Positions 18,598 through 28,900 of a stretch of 57,882 nucleotides of DNA are shown piece by piece (position 1 is the first letter of the stretch; each line of letters opens with the position of its first letter). The stretch is from a virus. Its lineage: Duplodnaviria > Caudoviricetes. The stretch covers positions 1-57,882 of IMG/VR virus record IMGVR_UViG_3300036885_000119; one strand, given 5' to 3'. A program made the translations under genes and the position numbers. The notes under the pieces are model-generated. The model had not been told where the DNA came from. It did not search any database and saw only the letters and a program-made list of their open reading frames with translations.

Positions 18598-19923
18598 ATG
18601 GCAAGTTATACAGCCTTGCAGTCGCAGAACCTTATTACCGCTGCGACCGCATTGAAAATCCAAGCTTTCGAGAAGCTCGTACAGATGAAGAGCCTTCCTG
18701 AGAGTATCTTTTTTCACCTGTCCGGCAATGTCATTGATAAGATGACACCCATTCCCGCCGCGTGGCTGCTTAAGATGCCGCCCGAGGCAGGGCAGGCGCA
18801 CCAAACCAATTTCCCCTTGCTCATGTGGCTTTCGGGACAGGAAACCAAGGGCAATGCCGCTGATGAGATTAATAATGTGGAAGACCCTGTAATCAAGCAG
18901 TTCATCGCTTATTACAACGATGTTTCCCACAGCATGAAGCTCGACCAGTACGGCATTTCCTATCTGGATACTGCTCCTTACGCTATCAAGGACAAGGCTT
19001 CTGATCTTCTGGCGACGTATTGGAAGGAACTCATGGACTACTACATGCAGTTTGCGATACTCTGGCAGGTTTCACCGAACCTTCTGGAGTCGCCGACAAA
19101 CCTTTCAGTATCAGCGCACAGGAACACGTTCGTTAAGGGCGTGAATCTGGCTAACCAGCCGTGGTCAAACTATAACATGAACGCGAACTTTTTCAGCGGT
19201 GTTATTGCGGCCACAATGGATTTAGCGAAAAACGGCCATACAAACCTTTACGAAATGGGTTTTGACTTCCCGTTTGCGCTTACGATTGCAGAGTGGGCGA
19301 ATTATACCGGCAAACTCAAACCCTTTAACCTTGGCGGACGCGGATCGTATATTTATGCGATTCCTTCCAGCCAGGTTACAAGGACATTGAGTCCTATCAG
19401 CAACGGTTCGATGGGAGCGGTTTGGCAGGCAACGACAAAACTGAACACTGAGGAAGCGTCGCTGCCCCTCGTGCTCGGTCGTGCTCGTAATGTCCTGTTT
19501 GTGGAAAACCCGAGATCACCTACTGCCAAAACATACGGCAGCGGCAGCGGTTCAGGTTCCGGCCTTGGAACGACATCGCCGTACAACAGCGTACTTGAAG
19601 TTAAGTACCTGAAACCCGGCGAGAACGACCAACGGCACACCACCGGCGACATCTGGGAACCCGGTTTCCTGATGGGGATGCACGGTATTGCCGAAGTTGA
19701 TGCGGGCGTACATACCGAGTACGAAGTCCAGGATTTCAAAAGGTTCAAAGCAACGGGCCTGTTTGATACGATGGGCTTCAACAGGGTTGAATACGTTCCG
19801 TCGAGTGGACAAACGGTGTCAACGTCCACCTCATCGACAACGCTTGATAACTTTTCAAGCGCGGTTACGTGGTTCTATAAGCAGTCTGCATATTGGAACA
19901 TACAGACTGGTCAGACCTACTAA
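18598..19923 (+). CDS. major capsid protein (putative)
   Basis: 441 aa directly after scaffold, followed by a terminator-like hairpin; assignment is mainly positional. Confidence 0.7.
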   Translation: MASYTALQSQNLITAATALKIQAFEKLVQMKSLPESIFFHLSGNVIDKMTPIPAAWLLKMPPEAGQAHQTNFPLLMWLSGQETKGNAADEINNVEDPVIKQFIAYYNDVSHSMKLDQYGISYLDTAPYAIKDKASDLLATYWKELMDYYMQFAILWQVSPNLLESPTNLSVSAHRNTFVKGVNLANQPWSNYNMNANFFSGVIAATMDLAKNGHTNLYEMGFDFPFALTIAEWANYTGKLKPFNLGGRGSYIYAIPSSQVTRTLSPISNGSMGAVWQATTKLNTEEASLPLVLGRARNVLFVENPRSPTAKTYGSGSGSGSGLGTTSPYNSVLEVKYLKPGENDQRHTTGDIWEPGFLMGMHGIAEVDAGVHTEYEVQDFKRFKATGLFDTMGFNRVEYVPSSGQTVSTSTSSTTLDNFSSAVTWFYKQSAYWNIQTGQTY

Positions 19924-19937
19924 CGGTAGGAAGTAAC

Positions 19938-19970
19938 GGTGGGGGAGACAATTCTCCCTCACCAATTTTT
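19938..19970 (+). terminator. rho-independent terminator-like hairpin after capsid gene
   Basis: GGTGGGGGAGA-CAAT-TCTCCCTCACC-AATTTTT. Confidence 0.6.
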
Positions 19971-19999
19971 AAACAATATTCCCAACATGGGAGGGTTTT

Positions 20000-20524
20000 A
20001 TGGGTTTCCAGGACATTAAACAAATCGCAATGGCGATTAGTGACATGGAGAGCGCAGTTCCCGAACCGATGCCGTACATAGTTTTGAGGCACAAGGATTT
20101 CTCAAAAACAGATGGCGACCAACTCTTCGGTCTTTATGGAATCAGTGTTTTTCAGGGAAGTGGAGTTGGTGGCGGTATCTCCACAGAGGTAAAGGTTAAT
20201 GAGAACAAGCCGTGTACTTTCTATCGGGACAAGCGGACAAATGTTTTGTTTGCCGTTATCCCTGATTGCAAGCACAATAGGGATGTTCTTACCAACCCCA
20301 ATAATGTCCGTCAGCTTTTGACGATTCAAAGAGGAGAGCGGGCGGCACTTTTGACAATCATGGAAGCACCGGAAGATTTAAAGGCGCAGATTGAAAAGGT
20401 GAAAAAGGATATTGCGGAAAAGAAAATTGATCCTACTCCGAAATATCAAAAGATGGACAAGGAAGGCGACCCTTTTAATTACATTGTTTCCGATGTGAAA
20501 ATGCCGATTGATGGCGCTGCTTAA
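20000..20524 (+). CDS. hypothetical protein (head-associated region)
   Basis: 174-aa ORF with GGAGG RBS. Confidence 0.65.
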   Translation: MGFQDIKQIAMAISDMESAVPEPMPYIVLRHKDFSKTDGDQLFGLYGISVFQGSGVGGGISTEVKVNENKPCTFYRDKRTNVLFAVIPDCKHNRDVLTNPNNVRQLLTIQRGERAALLTIMEAPEDLKAQIEKVKKDIAEKKIDPTPKYQKMDKEGDPFNYIVSDVKMPIDGAA

Positions 20525-20546
20525 ACAAATAGTGAGGGGTTTGTTA

Positions 20547-21254
20547 ATGAATACAACTTTTATTTATTCCTTGGCAGACCCCATTACTTTTGAAGTGCGA
20601 TATGTTGGGAAAGCAAACGATCCGTATCGGAGGTATTGTGAGCACTTAATTGATAAAAAGCACACTCACAAAACTTCATGGATTCGCTCTTTATTGAAAC
20701 GGGGGTTGCTTCCAATAAGGCAGATTCTTGAGGAATGCGACAAGACAGAATGGGAGAAAAAAGAGCGCGACTGGATAGCCTTTGAAAAACGGTGTGGGTG
20801 TCAATTAACTAATACCGCCGAAGGTGGAATAGCAAGTTTAGGAATGAAGGGGAAGCGACATTCGGAAAAAACTAAAAGAATAATGAGTTTACATTCTTCT
20901 CTAAGGGGAAAACATTCTCTATTTAGGAACAAGCACCATTCAGAAGAAACAAAAAATAAAATTTCTCAGAGCCATAAAGGTCTAAAACCGTGGCTAGGAA
21001 AACATCATACAGAAGAAACAAAAACAAAAATGGGAGAATCTCATAGGGGAATTAAAATATCAGAAGTAACAAGATTAAAAATGAAAAAATCTCATACTGG
21101 CCATAAGCATACGGAAGAACATAAGAAAAAAATATCACTTTCTCAAAAGGGACGAGCACCAACAATTGGTTTTTCTGGGCGACATCATTCTGAAGAAACT
21201 AAAGAAAAAATGAGAAATACGTTAAAAGATAAATTTAGTAAATTAAGGATTTAA
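20547..21254 (+). CDS. GIY-YIG homing endonuclease with NUMOD3 repeats
   Basis: FIYSL...RYVGK...RYCEH, ERDWI, LTN; repeated (G)KH(H)SEETK.K(I/M)S NUMOD3 motifs. Confidence 0.88.
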   Translation: MNTTFIYSLADPITFEVRYVGKANDPYRRYCEHLIDKKHTHKTSWIRSLLKRGLLPIRQILEECDKTEWEKKERDWIAFEKRCGCQLTNTAEGGIASLGMKGKRHSEKTKRIMSLHSSLRGKHSLFRNKHHSEETKNKISQSHKGLKPWLGKHHTEETKTKMGESHRGIKISEVTRLKMKKSHTGHKHTEEHKKKISLSQKGRAPTIGFSGRHHSEETKEKMRNTLKDKFSKLRI

Positions 21255-21258
21255 ATAT

Positions 21259-21933
21259 ATGACTGTTCAGGAAATTTGCAATTTGCTAATTTTACAAAAT
21301 CCTGATTGGAACACAACCAGGGTTCTTAGTTTGTTAAATCAATTTGTACAGATGGTGCTGAAGGGAGATCAAACCGAAAATCTTGTATTTGATGCTTCAA
21401 CTGGCAAACTCCCTTTCTTGACAACAACGAAGGGCACTTACCTGTATTCTTTGTCTTCCACGTATTACAAATGCAAATATATTCTTGTTGATGTAACAAA
21501 ATGGACTTCTGCTTACGAATATCCTAATAACCCCGCTTTTGGAAGAAACAACACCGAGTATGCGTTCAACACTAATGAGATTATTTTGGGTGGATATAAG
21601 TATCGGCAAGTTCCCGTTGTAATTACCCCGGCTTTCGGCTCTGGTGTTGCTACTGTACTTTTCCAGTTTGACCCGAATACTACTACCAACCTATACTACA
21701 TTTACGGTTATCAGGCTGGAAACCAAATAACATCATTTAGTTCAACATTGCAAATCGAGGAACGTTTTCACATGGATGTCGTGGCGGGTTGCCAGATACT
21801 CATAGATTCTCTCGACAATGGCCGGTTTGAAGATGGATTGAAAACAGTACAAGAGCAATTCGTGTCGAAAATATTATTGCAGAAATATAATAATTCACAT
21901 CCCGACAGTTCCGTTGAAGCTATGGGACTGTAA
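21259..21933 (+). CDS. head-tail adaptor protein (putative)
   Basis: MTVQEI N-terminus, T..GTYLYSL, IEERFH; size and position. Confidence 0.55.
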   Translation: MTVQEICNLLILQNPDWNTTRVLSLLNQFVQMVLKGDQTENLVFDASTGKLPFLTTTKGTYLYSLSSTYYKCKYILVDVTKWTSAYEYPNNPAFGRNNTEYAFNTNEIILGGYKYRQVPVVITPAFGSGVATVLFQFDPNTTTNLYYIYGYQAGNQITSFSSTLQIEERFHMDVVAGCQILIDSLDNGRFEDGLKTVQEQFVSKILLQKYNNSHPDSSVEAMGL

Positions 21934-21942
21934 GGAGTCGTT

Positions 21943-23697
21943 ATGATTCTCCGCATAGAACAACCCGCATGGGTGAGGCAAGAAATGGAAAAATCACAAA
22001 TCCCGCAGCAAAGAACGATTCTCCCGCAGAGCTATTTCACGCAAGGCATTAACTCGCCACAGAAGCCGGGAATGTTTAAGCCAAAGGACGCGCAACGGCA
22101 GCTTGATGATAAAATGGGACAGCGACAGGACGCTATACCAGCCATGTTGCGGCATGGTGAAGAAGTGATACCGCCAGAAGTTATTGCAAAAATGGGGGGA
22201 CGCGAGAATTTTCTATCGGCAATGAATGAAAAACTTGGGCCAACAGGCATTCAGCTTCACGGGGGGAAAGGGCCGGTGACGGGTGGGCAGCCGGAGGAAG
22301 ATGCGCTTCATGGCACGGTTCGGCCTATGGATTACCAACAGCAGCCACAACAGGGGATGGATGGTATGAGGGCGGGTGCTCCGGGCTTTGCAAGAGGAAC
22401 GGCAGGAATCCGATTCAATTTTGCAAAAGGGACACCGCAAGTATCAACGGGCATGACGCAATATCCCGGAGGTATGCTGACAAACACTCGTGAGTCACCG
22501 CTTGGAGCGACGGAAATAGACCCACGGCAGAGACATGCATCAGGAACGACGGGTATTAATCCTGTGCCGAATCAAACAGTAGCGACTCCCCAAGTTAAAC
22601 AAAATACCGCCGCTGCACCAGCACCGGCAGTAGCTGTTCCGCAACAGTCCACAACTTCTACTACTTCAACACAAGCTCCTGTAGTAAATGGCCCGCAGGC
22701 AGCGGCAATAAAGCCTTCGGTTCAGGGAATAGGCTTTTCACCGACGGATGTTACACAGACATCACTCTATAAAACACAGGCAAAAGCCGCTGATGAAGCA
22801 ATACAAAAGCAGGGTGCCGTGGGTGCTATGACTAACGACCAGAATCTTGCACAGCAAGGTATTGGACAGGACACATCGGCGGGTCGGACATCAGCAGCGC
22901 AACAACAAGCTGGAACGGAATCGAAAATAGCGGCGACAAATACTGAGCTTGCCGGGAACGCCCAAAAGCAACAAGCCGCTGACTTACAGACACAGATGCA
23001 GCTTGCTTATCAAAGCGGTGATTGGGGTAGCGTGAATAAGGCTCTCGCCGCAATGGGACAATCGCCAGTTGATTTTACTAACCTTGAGCAGCAGCGGCAA
23101 TCGGGAAATTTGAATGGCGCGGCACAATCACTGTTTAACATTGCCAATTCAATAACAGGCACCGATGCACAGTCCATAGCAACCAAAACCGCGTTATCAA
23201 ACGAGGCAACAGGGCTACTTTCGACAGGATTGAAAACGACCTTGGGAGCACAGTATAATCCGCAAGCCTTAACGGATGCCGTGACTAATGTAGCCGCTGG
23301 CAACATTGCTGATCCTGCGACAAATGCGTTTGTTAATCATGTTGCAAGTGCTCCTTTGGCATGGATACAAAATAGCCAAAATGGGCAACAGTTTGCACAA
23401 AGCCTTGAGAATAATCCTGCGGGTAAGGAATTGCTTGCAGGAGTTAAGGCGGGGAATGCAGAAGCGGTATCTTTAGCAGCCGAACTGTCTACCTATGCAG
23501 CAAGTAATGACAGTGGAGTTCAGTTATCGGCTGACAAGATTGCTTTACTTAATCAGTACGGTGTATATCAGGACATGAGCAAGCTTAATGCGGCTCAAGC
23601 GGCGTATCAGGAAGGCCCGATGAATGCAGCAACTTCTATGAGTTACGGGCTTTCTCCAATGAGTTCAAGCAATAATTCAGCACTTACTCAAACATAG
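21943..23697 (+). CDS. internal virion / DNA ejection protein (putative)
   Basis: A/Q/G-rich; DAIPAMLRHGEEVIP motif and FARGT/FAKGT/HASGT motifs. Confidence 0.55.
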   Translation: MILRIEQPAWVRQEMEKSQIPQQRTILPQSYFTQGINSPQKPGMFKPKDAQRQLDDKMGQRQDAIPAMLRHGEEVIPPEVIAKMGGRENFLSAMNEKLGPTGIQLHGGKGPVTGGQPEEDALHGTVRPMDYQQQPQQGMDGMRAGAPGFARGTAGIRFNFAKGTPQVSTGMTQYPGGMLTNTRESPLGATEIDPRQRHASGTTGINPVPNQTVATPQVKQNTAAAPAPAVAVPQQSTTSTTSTQAPVVNGPQAAAIKPSVQGIGFSPTDVTQTSLYKTQAKAADEAIQKQGAVGAMTNDQNLAQQGIGQDTSAGRTSAAQQQAGTESKIAATNTELAGNAQKQQAADLQTQMQLAYQSGDWGSVNKALAAMGQSPVDFTNLEQQRQSGNLNGAAQSLFNIANSITGTDAQSIATKTALSNEATGLLSTGLKTTLGAQYNPQALTDAVTNVAAGNIADPATNAFVNHVASAPLAWIQNSQNGQQFAQSLENNPAGKELLAGVKAGNAEAVSLAAELSTYAASNDSGVQLSADKIALLNQYGVYQDMSKLNAAQAAYQEGPMNAATSMSYGLSPMSSSNNSALTQT

Positions 23698-23708
23698 AGG
23701 TGATGTAA

Positions 23709-23862
23709 TTGAGTAATACAACCTTTATTTATGCTCTTTGTGACCCAACAACATTGTTCTGGAAAACATTTGTCAGAAGAAACAAAAAGGAAAATTAGCA
23801 AAGCAAATAAAGAGCACGCTATAGTAAGGCAATTAGCCCAAGAAAAGAGAGGTACGCAATGA
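23709..23862 (+). pseudogene. internally deleted GIY-YIG/NUMOD3 endonuclease remnant
   Basis: SNTTFIYALCDPTT joined out of frame to SGKHLSEETKRKISKANK. Confidence 0.8.
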
Positions 23863-24479
23863 TAACCGGAGTTAGATATAGCTATCACGATGGTGGTTCA
23901 GTGGATATTAAGTATCCGCGCCAGAAGTTTGATCAGGGAACATTTCATGATGTTAATCAGGCCAATACCGGAATAGCACCCATAGGTGGCTCTGAAGCTG
24001 TACAGGGTGCGGGTAAAAACGTGATTACTCTATCAAACGGCATGCAAGTAAATGCTCCTTCTGGTTCTTCCTCACAATCTTCTTCTGGTGAACAAATAGG
24101 AACCATGCCAAACGATTTTGTTCAAGCCCCGCAAGTACAGGGTGGTGGCGGTGGAGGGTCAAGTGGTGGTGGTGGCGGCGGTATGGGAGGAATGACCAGT
24201 GGAATATTTGGAGATGTTGCTGCCGTCTACAATGATTTACGCCAAAACACATCTGAAAATCAGCAAGTAGCGAACCAAATTTTCAACCGTAATGTTGGGC
24301 GTAAAAATCTTGCTATGGCTGAGGCTACAACAGCCTCAAATTTGCGTGGGGCTGGGCAAACACAGCAGCAGAATGCGATTCAGTTTGGAGAAAATCAATC
24401 AGACAGAGCGGGACAATTAAAACTTGCCGGTGCGTGGGCTTCTGGGGTCGCTAAAGGATTGACGGCTGGAAGAACATAG
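23859..24479 (+). CDS. Gly/Ser/Gln-rich internal virion protein (putative)
   Basis: Composition and position among ejection-like genes. Confidence 0.5.
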   Translation: MITGVRYSYHDGGSVDIKYPRQKFDQGTFHDVNQANTGIAPIGGSEAVQGAGKNVITLSNGMQVNAPSGSSSQSSSGEQIGTMPNDFVQAPQVQGGGGGGSSGGGGGGMGGMTSGIFGDVAAVYNDLRQNTSENQQVANQIFNRNVGRKNLAMAEATTASNLRGAGQTQQQNAIQFGENQSDRAGQLKLAGAWASGVAKGLTAGRT

Positions 24480-24487
24480 GAGCAAAT

Positions 24488-25969
24488 ATGCCTAGAATAG
24501 TACAGATGTTCAATACGACGACTCTTGATGGTCAGCCAGTTCAAGTTTACCAGACTGATGACGGGAAATATTTGCACTCCGATGATGCACAGAAGGAAAT
24601 TGCCGCAGGTAGATTGGTTGCTCAAAAATCGGATTATCCAGCGCAAAGTTCCGTACAGGGTATAAAAATGCCTGTTAAAACCGCTTCGGAAGAAGTGCGT
24701 GCGCGGGAATACAATCAAGGAGCCACCGCACAAACCAACTTACCTGCTGCACAGGGCATAGCGAATAAATATGATTATTCGCCCGCTGCTTTTCAGACCA
24801 CATTACAACAGGCTGGGGTTGCTGATACAAAAGAAGGACAAAAAGCATATCAGGATTATACTAAAAATATTGCACCAACAGGGGAAGATATTAACAGGCG
24901 CGTTGATTTTGAATTAGGCCCGGTAACCGACGTGGCAAAACAGCATGTTCAAGGGGTGCCGCAGACACCTTTTGAAAAAACTGCTATGTCTCTGGGAGAA
25001 GAAGCTGTTTCTGGTATGCCTGAAAAAGAAGGACAACTTGGCAGGCCAATGGAAAAAACGGAAGCTGATTTTGCCAAGGCGCGTGAAGCGAGTATGCAAC
25101 AGGAGGAAAAGCCGGTTAAAGAAACAACAACAGCAACAGGAAAATCAACTACGGCTGGTGGTGCGGGAATGATTTACAGCGAAACGGATAACCCAATTGA
25201 ATTTGCAATAGCGAGAAAACTTGCTAATGGCGAAATTAATTTCCAACAAGCCATTTCTATTTATCCTGCATTCGGACAAAAGGGCCAAAAGAGAGAAAAT
25301 ATTATCGCTACGGCAATGAAAATAAATCCTAAATTTTCTCCCTCAAGCCAGATGATTGCGTATGGTGGAGAGCAATCTCACGCAAAAGCGGCAGCGCAAC
25401 TCAGGCCAGATGTAGTAAGCGGAAAGGTTGGACAGCAGGCTAGGGGCGGAACGGCGCGACAACTTAATATGCAGCGGCAAGCCGCGCAAAGAGCGACCTC
25501 GACGTTTGATGATGCTCTTAAAAACAGCGGTGGTAAATATGAAAATATTCCAACATGGATGTACCGTGACCTTGCTATGGACTATGCAAAAATACTTACT
25601 TTATCAGGGCAGATTGCAGAGGGTAGCGTTGATAAGGTTATGCAGGCATCGGCTCAGGGGAAATTGAAGGAGCTTTGGAATTATACAACAGGCGACACGA
25701 AAACAACGGCACCGCAAAAGGTTTTAGAGCTTATGCACCAAAGGATAAAATCTCTTGGCGTTGATTTGGATAAGCAATATTACAACCAAGTACAGGGCCA
25801 GAACATGCCAATAACGAGCAATCCGGCAACAAACCCGATGAAAACAACGGGAATACCAACATCTGGCGCGAAAGGTAATGCTCCTACATTGTCAACCCGT
25901 GCAGAAGTGCAGGCGTTACCTTCCGGTGCTCATTTTATTTATAACGGCGTAGAACACGTTAAAAAATAG
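24488..25969 (+). CDS. internal virion / ejection protein (putative)
   Basis: 493 aa; C-terminal EVQALPSGAHFIYNGVEHVK. Confidence 0.5.
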   Translation: MPRIVQMFNTTTLDGQPVQVYQTDDGKYLHSDDAQKEIAAGRLVAQKSDYPAQSSVQGIKMPVKTASEEVRAREYNQGATAQTNLPAAQGIANKYDYSPAAFQTTLQQAGVADTKEGQKAYQDYTKNIAPTGEDINRRVDFELGPVTDVAKQHVQGVPQTPFEKTAMSLGEEAVSGMPEKEGQLGRPMEKTEADFAKAREASMQQEEKPVKETTTATGKSTTAGGAGMIYSETDNPIEFAIARKLANGEINFQQAISIYPAFGQKGQKRENIIATAMKINPKFSPSSQMIAYGGEQSHAKAAAQLRPDVVSGKVGQQARGGTARQLNMQRQAAQRATSTFDDALKNSGGKYENIPTWMYRDLAMDYAKILTLSGQIAEGSVDKVMQASAQGKLKELWNYTTGDTKTTAPQKVLELMHQRIKSLGVDLDKQYYNQVQGQNMPITSNPATNPMKTTGIPTSGAKGNAPTLSTRAEVQALPSGAHFIYNGVEHVKK

Positions 25970-25976
25970 GCAAAAT

Positions 25977-28900
25977 ATGTCTGAAGATATTACCGACCTT
26001 GCTTCACCTGTCGAGGACATATCCGACCTTGCCTCCCCCGTGTCTGGCGCTGCCGGTGGACAACAGCCCGCGCACGTCCAGAACCTTATGTCACGTCTCG
26101 GGCCGCTGCTTATGTCTGGTGCTAAAGCGGCTGTGGGGCCACGCTTTGTACAGGCCGGGAAAGATATTGCAGCAGGCGCAGCGGCGAGATCGGAAAGAAC
26201 AGAAAGAGCGCCCACATTACCAGAGCAGGCGCTAAGTGGACTCGGTGAAGCGGCAGGATTAGCGGTAGGTGTACCGTGGGAGCTTGGAAAAGCAGCAATA
26301 GGAACAACGGCGGATGCGTTAAAATCTATTACTCCGCAACCTGTTCAGCAAGCAATTCAACCAGCAGCGCAAGCCACTGAAAGCGGATTACAAAAGGTTG
26401 TTAGGGGAATTGGAAACATTCCACTTCCTGGCGGTAATAAAGTGAGTGATATTCCAGCGGGTGCGGTAGAAACATGGAAGCAGTTGCCACAAAGAGCAAA
26501 GGATATTACAAGTTCTGTGGGTGACATTTCGATGGTAGCTCCTGTTGGAAAAGGCACACAACTATTGGCTAAAGGTGCGGAAAAACTCGAAAAGGGTATT
26601 GTGGCTCCATTTGCTGAGAGAATGGCAAAGAAAGACATCGTACAAAAACAAGTAAAGGTTGATGAGCAGATAGCGAAAGCGGTAAAAAAGGGTATCAGCA
26701 AGGGAATTAAACCAACAGTTGTCGGAAAGAAAACATTGGCGCGGCATGACAAGTTTTATTTAGATGCTAACGACGCAGTAAAAACCATTGCGGATAACCG
26801 TGATAATGTAAAAATAGTTGATGAAAATGGAGAGTCTGCACCTCACCCAAGAAGCTCGGCTGAAATGGCACAAGCCGTAGATCAGACGAAAAAAATACTT
26901 TACAAGCAATATCACGACATGGCGCTTGCTGCTGGCGATAAAGGTGCTCAACTTGACGTTGCTCCGATCATAGCTAAAATTGACAAAGTAAGCAAGGATT
27001 TGAAAGAAAACCCGGAAACGCGGGCTTATGCCGAATCCTTAAAAGCCGAAATACAGGAATTGCAGGGCCAATCGCCAGAAATTATTGAAGCAAGAATAAA
27101 AGATTTGAATAGTTCCCTTGCTGGTTTTTATGAAGGCCGAACTGCGAAAGCAAAAGCCCGAATTGATGGCTCGGTTGCTAACCTTATGCGGGAAGAACTG
27201 GACAATAAAATAACCGGCGCAGTTGGTGAAGGATATCAGGGGCTAAAGAATAAATATGGCTCGTTGAAAGCAATTGAAAAAGAAGTAAATCACCGCGCTA
27301 TTGTGAACGCTCGTAAAGCGGGGAAAAGTATTATAGACATGACCGATATTTTTACCGGTGGAGATTTGGCCGCCGGTGTTCTTACTATGAATCCATTGCT
27401 GATTGCCAAGGGTGTAGCTGGGCGCGGATTGAAGGAATTATACAAGGCTATCAACAATCCTGACAGGGCTGTCGCTGCAATGTTCAAGAAGGTGTATGGA
27501 TTGTCGGACAGGGCAAAGGTCGTTTCGGGAATGAGAAAAGGCGCGAAAATCCCAGAGCCGCCGCCAGAACCACCCGCTGCTCTACCCGCCCCACAGGGCA
27601 CTATGCAGACGCAATTCATTCCCGGCCAGGAACCGGGCGCACCAGTACCAAAGCCCGGTATACCGCAGACAATTAAGAATCTTGGCAATGAAGGCGGGTA
27701 CATTGATCTAGGGGGGGCTAGTGCTCCCGTCGAGCCACCCCCAACCGCCCCAAAAGGAGCGCCCGGAGCGGCGGCAAAGACCCCGCATGAGCAACTTATT
27801 GAGCGTATTCGTGGGCAAAAGCCATCGGAAGCACCTATTACCCCAGAGATACAGCAGGCGCAGATAGCACAATTACGGACAGAACGTGATGCAAAAGCGA
27901 CGGAAATAGAAGCGCAGAAAAATGCAAAATCTGAGCTATTTCCTGACGAGCCAATAACGCCGGACGAGATAGCATCAAAGAAAAATGATAATAACATAGA
28001 CTTTTTCAAAAAAATAGGTTATACTTATGATGAAGGGAGAAAAGTTTATGCCTACAATCCTGACCCCGCAGATGTTGAGCGAGTATGGTCTGCCTTCGGA
28101 CGCGACAGACGAGATGTTTCACAACGCTCTGAAGAACTCCGTGCTGAAATTGAAGCAAAACGCGCCGCAGAGCAACTCCCCCGTGGTGCCGAAGTTCCAC
28201 CCGTTGAAGGTGCACCAAGTCAAAGCGGTGAAGTCGCCCAAGGTGAGAGCAAGCCGCCACAAGATGTTCTTCCGCAGGGCAGCGAGACTGAGCCGCAAGG
28301 CAGCTTAAGCCCGGAAGACCAAGCCACACAAGACCGCCTGACTCGCATTGCCGAGCGCAAAGAGCGAAAGCCAGGCGAAGTTTATACCCACGACTTAACA
28401 GACAATCCCCAAGCAAACCGCGTATTGTGGCGTGATAATGTGCGCCGACAAGTCAAGTGGCATATTGACCATGACGAAAACGGTACGCTCCGTGACGACA
28501 GGAAAGACCAGTGGGCTTACGTCATGGGTGAGTCTACCAAGACGGGCGAGCCTGTAAACATTACTCCACGAACACAAGGAATATTACAGGGGCACTCGTT
28601 TGAATTTAGTGCTGGTGATTATGGCCCTAGTGAAATGGAATTACGCAGCGAGGAAATGACACCGGATGAAGGAAAGCAATACTGGACAGAGGATTTGGGC
28701 CAGCCTGAAGGCGAAATGCCGGTAACGTGGGATGAGGTTATGCAGGAAATCCGCAGTGCGGAAACAAGCCGTGGACAGGCGGAAAGGGTTACTAAAGGGC
28801 ATGTGGTGAACGCGGGTAAGGTAGAGGATGGTGGGGAAGAAGCTAAGTACGCCGCAGAACAGGACGAAAGAAAATCAGAAGAAGCGTCCCATGAGGAACA

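Noticed and set aside
21943-23697. Tape-measure protein
   Set aside because: It has a motif also seen in tape-measure C-termini, but there are no tail tube or chaperone genes and the layout is podovirus-like, so it is called an ejection-type protein.
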